64,000 bases of DNA from Macrostomum hystrix. Lineage: Eukaryota > Animalia > Platyhelminthes. Location: positions 806,001-870,000 of the forward strand of contig CATNEN010000037.1 in assembly GCA_950097015.1 (NCBI GenBank), given 5' to 3'. Of this stretch, positions 47,143 to 59,027 are shown one piece after another. Position numbers and translations under genes: made by a program. Within the stretch, counting starts at the first letter, position 1. Every line of letters begins with the position of its first letter. The notes under the pieces were generated by a model. That model was not told the DNA's origin. It made no database searches and was given only the letters and a program-made list of their open reading frames with translations.

Positions 47143-50100
47143 ATGGACCCGACAACAATCAAAGCCAGGTTGCACACTTTGTCTGGTGAGCTATTGTCAA
47201 TCTACGAGCTATTTTCTATGAATAATGAACACCAACAATATAATTTGAGTTGTTTGAGTTCGATCAACACGCTTTAAGAGCCGCTATTCACCCCCACAGT
47301 TCACAGATTGTCAAAACTTGAGCAGGGTCCAACTGCTGCTGCTGCTGGCAACGAGAACATCACTAGAGGCAGCAAAAGTGGCTACATCTGCCGCATGCAA
47401 ACTAGACTGCTAGAAAACGAGCCATTCTGTGAGCTGGGTATCGAATCTGGTTATCTAACTGGTATCGAATCTATATGTTGGATAGAATGATAGCTAGATC
47501 TAGGCTAGAATCGTAGCTAGATGTTGGCTAGAATCGTAGCTAGATGTTGGCTAGAATCCTAGCTAGATGTTGGCTAGAATCCTAGCCAGATGTTGGCTAG
47601 AATCCTAGCTAGATGTTGGATATAAATCGTAGCTAGATGTTGGATAGAATCGTAGCTAGATGTTGGATAGAATCGTAGCTAGATGTTGGATAGAATCGTA
47701 GCTAGATGTTGGATAGAATCGTAGCTAGATGTTGGATAGAATCATAGCTAGATGTTGGATAGAATCGTAGCTAGATGTTGGATAGAATCGTAGCTAGATG
47801 TTGGATAGAATTGTAGCTAGATGTTGGATAGAATCGTAGCTAGATGTTGGATAGAATCGTAGCTAGATGTTGGATAGAATCGTAGCTAGATGTTGGATAG
47901 AATTGTAGCTAGATGTTGGATAGAATCGTAGCTAGATCTAGGCTAGAATCGTAGCTAGATGTTGGCTAGAATCGTAGCTAGATTTAGGCTAGAGTCGTAG
48001 CTAGGTTTAGGCTAGAATCGTAGCTAGATGTTGGATAGAATTGTAGCTAGATGTTGGATAGAATCGTAGCTAGATGTTGGCTAGAATCGTAGCTAGATGT
48101 TGGCTAGAATCGTAGCTAGATGTTGGCTAGAATCGTAGCTAGATCAAGGCTAGAATCGTAGCTAGATCAAGGCTAGAATCGTAGCTAGATCAAGGCTAGA
48201 ATCGTAGCTAGATGTTGGCTAGAATCTTAGCTAGATTTAGGCTAGAATCGTAGCTAGATCGTTGCTAGAATCCAGCTCCTATATTTTATTATGATTCATT
48301 AACTTATTAATTGAGTTAAAGATATTAAACGATTGTCTACTGACACTGTCGATAATTGAGTATTCAACATCAGCGCAATATAATTTAAATTTTAGTCAGC
48401 ATTCACTGGGCTGTACTTCAACAAGGCTGCCTACTGCTGTTTGACAGCTCAATTAGCATGTTCTGCTCAGAGGCAATCGACCTTGGTGGCTGCAGGTAGT
48501 ATTGTCTATTTTAGTATCTTTTAGCTATGCCACCCCTCTTTAGCCACCCCAGATTAGCCACCCCAGATTAGCCACCCCTCTTTAGCCACCCCAGATTAGC
48601 CACCCCTCTTTAGCCACCCCAGATTAGCCACCCCTCTTTAGCCACCCCAGTTCAGCCACCCTATTTTAGCCACCCCAGTTCAGCCACCCTATTTTAGCCA
48701 CCCCAGTTCAGCCACCCTATTTTAGCCACCCCAGTTCAGCCACCCTATTTTAGCCACCCCAGTTCAGCCACCCTATTTTAGCCACCCCAGTTCAGCCACC
48801 CTATTTTAGCCACCCCAGTTCAGCCACCCTATTTTAGCCACCCAAGTTCAGCCACACTATTTTAGCCACCCTCTAAATTAGCCACCCATTTTAGCCAACC
48901 AATTAGCGGCCACAGTTAAGTAGAATTTCGACAAAATGGGCGTCCATATGTCAATACATTAAAGTCTGAAGTGACTCGCCCGACACACAGATTGGAGGCT
49001 TCCGTCCATCCCGCCCGTCTCTGGCCTGACTTCTGTCCGCTGCAGTTTCAAATCGTCGCTGGCGCCACCTCCTGGCAATTCGGCTGCCCGCCGGGCTCCA
49101 ATTGGCAACGCTGTCTGGAAAAGGCCATAGACTCGGCAGGCGGTTCTGACAATCTGCGCCACCTACTTGAAGCTCTGGACCAGGCCGAGTCGACTATGCA
49201 ACGTCGGGCGCGACCGCCACCACCTCCGGTTCCATCGTCGACGTTGTCGGAAGTTCACGAGTCAAATACCTACAATGAAGGCTTCGAAGTGGCATTAGCA
49301 CAACAAATCCCACAGAGGATTCCGCAGCAGATTCCACAGCAGATTCCCCATAGCACTCCCGATCCGCAGCAGATATGGCAGCGAATTGTGCAACAGATCC
49401 CGCAGTTGAATCAATCACACATTCCGCCACCACCAACGCCTAAATCCCTTCCACAACCACCGTCAATAAGAAAAAGTCCGCAGGAAAATTCTCAGGCAGT
49501 CTACGATTCTTGCACTGAAGAACAGATTCCACAGCAGATTCCACAGCAGATTCCACAGCAGATTCCACAGCAGATTCCACAGCAGATTCCACAGCAGATT
49601 CCACAGCAGATTCCAAAGCAGATTCTACAGAGCACTCCGAATCCGCAGCAAATGTGGGCGCGAATGGCCCAGCAAATTCCGCAGATGAATCGGCCCCCAA
49701 TTCCACCGCCGCTGCAGCCTAAACCGCTTCCGCAGCAGCCGTCCTCAATTAGCAGCAAGGAGACTGAAGATCCCGACGTAGTCTACGATTCCTGTACCGT
49801 CGTGATGCAGGAGTCGCTGCACAGCCTGGCCTGCAGGGGCCTGACAGTCAGCTTCGCTTTGGATTACGTTGCAACCGCTGTCTACAGAGAGGATGACGAC
49901 GACGATGATCAACTTTGGAAGTAAGAGAGCTATATCAATGACTGTCTTTGTTCAATACTCAGCATCGAGGGGAAAAAGAAATGCACAGGAACTTTCTGGA
50001 ATTTATAGGACTAGTGCAGGAGAAAATCGAAAAAAGTATTTTCTAGTGGGTGTTTTATTAAACACTTTGATACCAGTCCAGTACCAATCAGTCTAGCGTA

Positions 50101-53100
50101 TGCTGAGTATGCTTGTTAAAAAGTACAATCTGATATGCTTTGATTCGTTTGAAAAACACTAGTTTACGCGCTTTTTTGAAATGGGTACGAAAACACTCTA
50201 CAAACTTCGACAAACTTCGCACTAGCCACGAGCCACACTAGTACGAACTACGAAAGTGGTTCGTAACAGGCTCGTAAAAACTTAATACAATGCATTTATT
50301 TTAAAATAAAATACGCTTCTACGAAAGTAGAGCGAGAAACGTTCGTACGGGATTGGTACGAAAAACGTTTGCCCGGTATCGATACAAAAACGCTCTTGTA
50401 GAATTGATACGAAACGCGCTCGTTCGGAATTGATACGAAACACGCTCGTACAGAATTGATCCGAAACACGCTCGTTCGGAATTGATACGAAACACGCTCG
50501 TACGGAATTAATAGAAACACGCTCGTTCGGAATTGATACGAAACACGGTCGTATGGAACGATATGAAACACGCTCGTATGGAATTGATAGAAACACGCTC
50601 GTTCGGAATTGATACGAAACACGCTCGTACGGAATTGATCCGAAACACGCTCGTATGGAACGATATGAAACACGCTCGTACGGAATTGATACGAAACACG
50701 CTCGTTCGGAATTGATACGAAACACGCTCGTACGGAATTGATCCGAAACACGCTCGTTCGGAATTGATACGAAACAAGCTCGTACGGAATTGATACGAAA
50801 CAAGCTCGTACGGAATTGATCCGAAACACGCTCGTACGGAATTGATACGAAACACGCTCGTACGGAATTGATCCGAAACACGCTCGTTCGGAATTGATAC
50901 GAAACACGGTCGTATGGAACGATATGAAACACGCTCGTATGGAATTGATACGAAACACGCTCGTATGGAACGATATGAAACACGCTCGTATGGAACGATA
51001 CGAAACATGTTCGTATGAAATTGATACGAAACACGCTCGTACGGAATTGATACGAAACACGCTCGTATGAAATTGATACGAAACACGCTCGTATGGAACG
51101 ATATGAAACACGCTCGTATGGAACGATACGAAACACGCTCGTATGGAACGATATGAAACACGCTCGTATGGAACGATACGAAACATGTTCGTATGAAATT
51201 GATACGAAACACGCTCGTACGGAATTGATACGAAACACGCTCGTACGGAATTGATACGAAACACGCTCGTACGGAATTGATACGAAACACGCTCGCTCGG
51301 AATTGATACGAAACACGCTCGCACGAAATCGGGGTATTGATGAAGGACATGCATGAAATATGCACGAAACAACGTTCAAACTAAAATAATGCGGTTAGGG
51401 CAAAAGGACACCGCCAAGAAAGTTTCAGTTTAATATTTACTTTTCTCAATAGCCTCCTTTGTACTTCAAACCCGTTTTACCCAGTGCTCTATCCGAATCG
51501 GAGCCGGGTACTTTTATCCTGGTTGGCTTCAGCAAGCATCACCCGGGCCACCAGCCTCGAGTCGCTGTCAAAGCTAACGCTGGTTTCGATGTGAAATTTC
51601 TGCCCTTGCTGTTAAAAGACGGCCAACCCGGCCTGTCCCTTGTTGGCGAGTTCGGCAGAAAATTTGACACCTTGGAGCAGCTGGTGTTTCATTATCATTT
51701 GTTCCCCATTGCTAGAGAGGAGGACGGTTCGATGCTGGTATTGACGCGATCCTACGGATATCAGAACACTGAACGGATGTAAGTTAAATGATTCGATTTA
51801 ATGATGGTAAGCTAGCTGTACCAGTTTATTCAGAATAAAAGTCTTGCATTTCTACTGATGAAATGTACTAGAGAATGCACTTTGTGTTATGTAGTACGTA
51901 CGTACGAGTACGTTATGGTCGTTAGTATTGTTGTCGTAATTAAATAAATAGCGGTACTGAAAATGCACTAAAGTTTATTAACTGTTATTAGCTTCTTCCC
52001 GTCTCGTGTTATCATAATAGAAAAGCATCATTACATCCCCAGACCTGTGAAAACCATACTGTTCTCGTCCTGCTTCTGGTCTATCGGAGACAAGGAAATG
52101 TGCAGCCAGTGAGTATTGCTTCACTGTTTTGCTGTGTTTAGATAGACGATGAGTAAAGCTCGTACTTCGAGCTCAAAAGCCATATTAATTTGGGGCGCAG
52201 CCGCGGAAAGGCTTGAGAACTTGCCGTGAAATTTACGAAAATGTGGCCTGCAAGCAATAACAATCGCTCAAACCCAATCATCAGCGTCCTGTTCGACTCG
52301 GCAGTGGGAACTTACTCCCTTAGAGTTGGCAGCGGAAACAACTACGTCCTTTCCGTACTGTCTCAAGGCGTGGTTGCTAAGCTCATTGTGAAGGTCGCTC
52401 GCAAAAGCGAACTTTTGGTGAGCACTGTTAAACATGGTCGTTAACATGCTTGAACTTAAAATAATCTAATTAAATGATCAATTTTATCTCATCAGACGCT
52501 CTTCATCCTAGCCACTAGTGGCGTAGGAGGTGCCCTACAATTCGACTCACTGGAGGATCTGCTGCATCATCTGCATCAAAGCAGCTTCCCTGTGAATCTA
52601 GCTAAAGTTCGGAGTTCCTTGACCCTGCAGATACCGTTTCAGACATCCGCGTATGTGCTTGGAGCATTGTGAAGAGAGTGGGAATGAGTGGCAGTGATTA
52701 GCAGGGATGAAAATAAAATTCAACTAAGATTTTCATCTGCCCGCAGAGCCTGCAAGTCCAAAGTGCAGTCGATGATTTTCGACCCGTTGCGGCAGCAAAT
52801 CTTTCATCGCGGCGCTGAAATTCAAGCAGCCAAGGCACTGCGACTGCCAGACACTGAGCTCAATGGCTTCATTGTTTGGCTGACATCGGCTACTGAGGTA
52901 TGCCTGATGGTCCGCGGACGCGAGCTCAAGGTGCTCGCCTTCAAGGTGGTCTGCAATCCGACTGGCTGCACGCAACTGCCGCAGGTGGGAAGCGGAGACT
53001 GAGGGGATGGAAAGTTCACTCAACACTAGTGAGGTAGACTGATGAGAGTGAGGTAGACTGATGAGAGTGAGGTAGACTGATGAGAGTGAAGTAGACTCAC

Positions 53101-53691
53101 TGGTAGAGTGAGGCAGACTCACGGGTAGAGTGAGGCAGACTTACAGGTAGAGTGAGGTAGACTCATGGGTAGAGTGAGGCAGACTTACAGGTAGAGTGAG
53201 GTAGACTCATGGTTAGAGTGAGGCAGACTCACGGGTAGAGTGAGGTAGACTCACGGGTAGAGTGAGGTAGACTCACGGGTAGAGTGAGGTAGACTCACGG
53301 GTAGAGTGAGGTAGACTCACGGGTAGAGTGAGGCAGACTCACGGGTAGAGTGAGGCAGACTCACGGGTAGAGTGAGGTAGACTCACGGGTAGAGTGAGGT
53401 AGACTCACGGGTAGAGTGAGGTAGACTCACGGGTAGAGTGAGGTAGACTCACGGGTAGAGTGAGGTAGACTCACGGGTAGAGTGAGGTAGACTCACGGGT
53501 ATAGCGAGGTGGATGTACAAAATCTTGAGCCCTTTCTTCCGCAGCTCTCTGTCTACCTCGAGAGGCACCCGGACCTGAAGTTCGACTGTATCGAAGGCTT
53601 GATAGCTCACTTGAAGACTGCCACCGCGAATCTTCTCGACCCGGAGATAATCGGGCCGTTAACCCGACCCGTCAATTGCCGACTAAATTAG
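47143..53691 (+). CDS. PH / Pro-rich / SH2 adaptor, paralog 2, about 627-629 aa. Exons 47143-47185, 47300-47437, 48396-48495, 48991-49920, [A 51485-51778 or B 52285-52417 + 52496-52650], C 52747-52984 + 53545-53691
   Basis: PH: KSGYICRM, IHWAVLQQGCLLLF (100-nt exon, same size and phase as in paralog 1), NWQRCLEKAI. QIPQ repeats and two VYDSC motifs. SH2 signatures EPGTFIL..FDTLEQLVFHY, VGTYSLR..FDSLEDLLHH and LNGFIVW..FDCIEGLIAH. Phase-consistent GT-AG sites; a possible further donor overlaps the stop at 53691. Confidence 0.75.
47490..48268. repeat. 23-bp intronic minisatellite (TAGAATCGTAGCTAGATGTTGGA)n
   Basis: Tandem array; shares the AGAATCGTAGCTAG core with the dispersed satellite. Confidence 0.95.
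48530..48900. repeat. 14/28-bp intronic minisatellite (GCCACCCCAGTTCAGCCACCCTATTTTA)n
   Basis: Tandem array in adaptor-2 intron 3. Confidence 0.93.
50340..51320. repeat. About 26-bp CpG-rich intronic minisatellite (GAATTGATACGAAACACGCTCGTACG)n
   Basis: Tandem array upstream of cassette A of adaptor 2. Confidence 0.95.
53025..53500. repeat. 22-bp intronic minisatellite (GTAGAGTGAGGTAGACTCACGG)n
   Basis: Tandem array in the module-C intron of adaptor 2. Confidence 0.95.
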
Positions 53692-53762
53692 TGAGATGCC
53701 TGAAAAACTGAAGGCCTGAAAAGAGCCCAAGTCACACAAGGGGCTTCCAAACAAGAGAGTTT

Positions 53763-54018
53763 CTAAAAATAGCAAGAGGCTATTCCGATTGGGCAATCAA
53801 ATCTCGGATTGGGGCTTCATTAAAAATGGGGCTTCCACACTAGTTTCTAAAAATAGCAACAAAGTTGTTTCAATTTATGTTTTTGAAGATTTAAGAACGG
53901 TTTTAAAGGGGCTAACACAACAAAAGTTTCTAAAAAATAATCAACACCACCTGCGTCATTGATTCAAGTTTTCTCACTCTTGGAAAGATAAATTCATAAT
54001 AATGGTTTCTAAAAATAG
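53763..54018. promoter_or_regulatory. Cluster of MEF2-consensus sites (CTAAAAATAG) with a period of about 83 bp
   Basis: Exact CTAAAAATAG at 53763, 53847 and 54009, plus a variant at 53930. Function inferred only. Confidence 0.35.
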
Positions 54019-54634
54019 CCATTCCTCTGCGCCAATCAAATTTTCAGAGCTGATCTTTACTTACTATTGTTAAATCATTAGAAAATACGCAGACGTTGAC
54101 TAAGTGAGCAAAGTGAGGTTTTTCTTGTCATGTTTTTAGAGTAATGACCTGCGCAAAACTATCCCTGCTTTAAGCTATTCCTGCGGTAAATTTTCTTTAT
54201 AAAACTCGCTTCATACTACTTTCAATTCAATGTTGATATTGTCGAAATTTCACGTAAAGTTTTTTATGGCAAATAAATAGTTCTATTGCTAATATTTCTT
54301 ATGAGAGATAATTACTTTTTAGTTCAGGGTGTTTCGAAGCAACAACATTGTGCAATCCAGGCCTTTGTAAGAACTTTGGCGTTAAAACTGAATGAATGAG
54401 GCAGTGCAGGGATTTGCTTTCTTAGAAAACACACAGACCCTGTATACGGAACTTGCTGACCTTCTTCCCACGCGTCTGCTGGATCAAATGCCAACCCCAG
54501 CTCGCTTAGAGATTGTCTCCGTCTCGCCGGCCGAGTCAGACTGGTTGACAGGTCAACAGGAGCTTTTGAAGACAAACATGGAATGCCTTGAACTAACACT
54601 AACTAAAGTCACGGAAATGAAAGAAATCCAACCG

Positions 54635-54992
54635 TCTCTCACCCTGTCTCTCACCCTGTCTCTCACCCTGTCTCTCACCCTGTCTCTCACCCTGTCTCTC
54701 ACCCTGTCTCTCACCCTGTCTCTCACCCTGTCTCTCACCCTGTCTCTCACCCTGTCTCTCACCCTGTCTCTCACCCTGTCTCTCACCCTGTCTCTCACCC
54801 TGTCTCTCACCCTGTCTCTCACCCTGTCTCTCACCCTGTCTCTCACCCTGTCTCTCACCCTGTCTCTCACCCTGTCTCTCACTCTGTCTCTCACCCTGTC
54901 TCTCACCCTGTCTCTCACCCTGTCTCTCACCCTGTCTCTCACCCTGTCTCTCACTCTGTCTCTCACCCTGTCTCTCACCCTGTCTCTCACCT
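54635..54992. repeat. 12-bp minisatellite (TCTCTCACCCTG)n
   Basis: About 30 near-perfect copies. Confidence 0.97.
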
Positions 54993-55689
54993 AATCTCCT
55001 TTTCTTGCTCTCGTGCAGTGCTGCAGCCTTCATTCCATCTGATCTGTCTTGTCAGTTCGTGTTAGTTCGTGGTCTAGTAGCTAAGTGATTATTTATGTAT
55101 TATCGGTGCATATCCATTGATAAATGTTGTTTTTCCAAGAATTTCATTAAAAAATGCCTGTTCTAGTACAGCTTGTTCGTTTCAGTTTGTCTAAATAAAT
55201 AGCCTTCTGAGTGAGTGTGTGTGAGTGTGTGTGTATATCGACGCAATGGCCTAATGTCAAGGCCAATGCGCAGTTTCCCCTTTTTGTCCTTCTGTATGAG
55301 TGTGCGTGTGTGTGTGTGTGACTGGCGCAGTAATATGTTGCGTGCGTCATTCAGTTCTATTCCAAAACTCCACCGGGTCTCTGACGGATAACTTTTATAA
55401 CGATTCAAATATTTTGAAGAGGTCACGAACACTGCGCAGTTCAATTTATCAACTGGAACAGATTGTAGCGAATCTATTTGCTTTGTAAATATCATCGATC
55501 TGATTTGTTTTACTAGATGTTTTACCAGACTATGGGATAAGGCATTAATGTCCCTAATTCAGCCCAGCTTTATCGTTCGAGCATGACTAAAATAAAATTT
55601 GTTCACACAAGACTGACTTTTACACTGCTTAGAAAATATGAGCTTTATATTTGAAGCCCACCACGAAATATGGATAATTGGCTCATCAA

Positions 55690-56420
55690 CTCTCTTCTAC
55701 CCCACATTTATCTTCTACCCTTCATCTCTCTTCTACCCTTCATCTCTCTTCTACCCTTCATCTCTCTTTTACCCTTCATCTCTCTTCTACCCTTCATCTC
55801 CCTTCTACCCTTCATTTCTCTTCTACCCTCATCTCTCTTTTACCCTTCATCTCCCTTCTACCGTTCATCTCTCTACTACCCTTCATCTCCCTACTACCTT
55901 TCATCTCTCTTTTACCCTTCATCTCCCTTCTACCCTTCATCTCTCTTCTACCCTCATCTCTCTTTTACCCTTCATCTCCCTTCTACCGTTCATCTCCCTA
56001 CTACCCTTCATCTCCCTACTACCCTTCATCTCTCTTTTACCCTTCATCTCCCTTCTACCCTTCATCTCCCTTCTACCCTTCATCTCTCTTTTACCCTTCA
56101 TCTCCCTACTACCCTTCATCTCTCTTTTACCCTTCATCTCCCTTCTACCGTTCATCTCCCTACTACCCTTTATGTCTATTCTACCCTTCATCTCTCTTCT
56201 ACCCTTCATCTCTCTTTTACCCTTCATCTCCCTTCTACCCTTCATCTCTCTTTTACCCTTCATCTCCCTTCTACCGTTCATCTCCCTACTACCCTTTATG
56301 TCTATTCTACCCTTCATCTCTATTCTACCCTTTATCTCCCTACTACCCTTCATCTCTATTCTACCCTTCATGTCTATTCTACCCTTCATGTCTATTCTAC
56401 CCTTCATGTCTATTCTACCC
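55690..56420. repeat. Pyrimidine-rich 18-21-bp array (TTCTACCCTTCATCTCTC)n
   Basis: Tandem array. Confidence 0.93.
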
Positions 56421-57079
56421 TAAATCTGCCTTATTTTCTTAATAATCTGTGCTTCCCCAATCATTTTTTCCAACCTATTTGAATTCCTAATTCTTGAATA
56501 TGATGAACACTCCCAGCCGCTTCCTAATTTGTAAAAGTAGCATTTCCTTATTTGTCTATAAATTGGTGCAGAATTAATGGTAAAATCATTCCCCACCCGT
56601 TTCAAAGCCCTCGGTTCAGGTAAATGTTGACTAAACTTAACGAGAAAGAATTCCAGTTTTCCTTAATATGGTATTGGTGGGATTAGCTAAACATATTTCC
56701 ATAGTCGCAATCAGGGCTGGGGCTTGGATTTGAGGATAGATCATGTGGGACTTTACGATACCGAAATGCGTAATTTTACGGTTCGCAATCCAAATAGTAT
56801 CTAAGCGAGGCTGCAGAACCAGGTGACACGGGTTACGGGGGCGGTTGGGTGTGGGATGCGGGAGAACGCGATGGAATGCACCCGCCGTAGACAGAACTAC
56901 GAAGCCAGGGCGTTTCAATAACTGACACCCAAAAACCAGTTCGGCCAGATGTACTATACCCAAAAATAATTTGTGGTAGTCAAGACTGCTATCAAATCAA
57001 AATTCGTTTCGATGTGTCGTCTAGCATTAGTCGATAAACCGTGCTAAAGCACTAAATGTCAAATTTTCGCCAGCTATCT

Positions 57080-57342
57080 CTTCTACTACCGTTACAGGAC
57101 CTCTTCTACACCGTTACAGGACCTCTTCTACACCGTTACAGGACCTCTTCTACACCGGTACAGGAACTCTTCTACACCGTTACAGGACCTCTTCTACACC
57201 GTTACAGGACCTCTTCTACACCGTTACAGGACCTCTTCTACTACCGTTACAGGACCTCTTCTACTACCGTTACAGGACCTCTTCTACACCGTTACAGGAC
57301 CTCTTCTACTACCGTTACAGGACCTCTTCTACACCGTTACAG
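57080..57342. repeat. 22/23-bp minisatellite (CCGTTACAGGACCTCTTCTACA)n
   Basis: Tandem array. Confidence 0.94.
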
Positions 57343-58174
57343 GTAAACAATGAAAAAATCTCAGACAGTTTTTCATTTCAGGTCTTCAATAACATGTTTT
57401 GTCTGTTACAAAAATGTTCTTCTAGTTTAGAGTTTTATATAAAATTTAGTTTTCGATTCGCGACCTTTCAGTGTCCTTGGTTGTCGTAACATTTTTTTAT
57501 TCTTCAGTGACTGACGGCATCGGCTGCAGTGCAAAATTTTCTTCAGCACTTATCCACAATTGTTCCTGTCTCTATTTCTCTGGCCCTGTTGTCCTTAATT
57601 GAACCCGCGCATAAGAGGATAACAGGAAAGTTCATTATCCCACTCATTTTACCCAGCCAAGTGTTGGGCAAATATAAAACCAAATGAAACAAAAAGAACA
57701 TTTTTGTAGTTTTTTTTTCAAACATAGAAAAGGAACATCACTTTTAGTAATATTTTGGTTTACTTAAAATAGAACTGAAGAGTTGTATATATTTTTGCAA
57801 CAAGTATTTTACTATATGTAACTATAGTATTGTACTGCGACAAACACATCAAGGGCTACCGTAGTGCTAGCATATTTGTGTCTAAATTAATTCATGGAAG
57901 CAAAGATTTGAAAACAATATTCAAAACAATCAGGGCATTCAAACAAATAAAAAAGTACATAAATATTTTTGTATTGTAACATGAACTAACATTTCATTGT
58001 TAGACATTTCATTGGTAGAGGGTAAGGCATCAAACGCTACGTCTGGACCTCTTCACACAGTCAATGGACCAATCACAGAACTTCTAGCATTTGTAGGCTA
58101 CTATAATGTTAGAGCAAATGTTTCAGAAACGATTCCTGGTCTTTAATAAACAACCCCAAAGTCTATGGTTCGGA

Positions 58175-58855
58175 TGTTTGGGGTTGATGTGTTTTGGGGT
58201 TGGTGTGTTTTGGGGTTGGTGTGTTTGGGGTTGGTGTGTTTGGGGTTGGTGTGTTTGGGGTTGGTGTGCTTTAGGGTTGGTGTGTTTTAGGGTTGGTATG
58301 TTTGGGGTTGGTGTGTTTTAGGGTTGGTGTGTTTTAGGGTTGGTGTGTTTAGGGTTGGTGTGTTTGGGGTTGGTCATTTTGGGGTTGGTGTGTTTTGGGG
58401 TTGGTTTGTTTGGGGTTGATGTGTTTTGGGGTTGGTGTGTTTTAGGGTTGGTGTGTTTTAGGGTTGGTGTGTTTGGAGTTGGTGTGTTTTAGGGTTGGTG
58501 TGTTTTAGGGTTGGTGTGTTTTAGGGTTGGTGTGTTTGGGGTTGGTGTGTTTCGGGTTGATGATTTTGGGGTTGATGTGTTTTGGGGTTGGTGTGTTTTA
58601 GGGTTGGTGTGTTTTAGGGTTGGTGTGTTTGGGGTTGGTGTGTTTTGGGGTTGGTGTGTTTTAGGGTTGGTGTGTTTTAGGGTTGGTGTGTTTGGGGTTG
58701 GTGTGTTTGGGGTTGGTGATTTTGGGGTTGATGTGTTTTGGGGTTGGTGTGTTTCAGGGTTGGTGTGTTTGGGGTTGGTGTGTTTGGGGTTGGTGTGTTT
58801 TAGGGTTGGTGTGTTTTAGGGTTGGTGTGTTTGGGGTTGGTGTTTTCGGGGTTGG
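58175..58855. repeat. 15-17-bp G/T-rich minisatellite (TTTGGGGTTGGTGTG)n
   Basis: Tandem array related to 13745-13962. Confidence 0.94.
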
Positions 58856-59027
58856 TACTTTGGATTGTTGGCTAAGCTCTACATTTGCACAGATCTGATT
58901 TACTATGGAGTGTCTATAACCTACTTAATTTCGTAATCATTTATATTTCTCGTCTCACAACTCAATAAGGTAATAGCAATATCTCAGCCCTTGATATGAG
59001 GTACCGCTAATCGCTTGGCTGCCCACC

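Noticed and set aside
54323-55488. Possible extra exons or a fourth SH2-like module after adaptor 2
   Set aside because: A phase-2 donor overlaps the stop at 53691, but candidate exons give early stops or need weak donors, and there is no clear SH2 signature.
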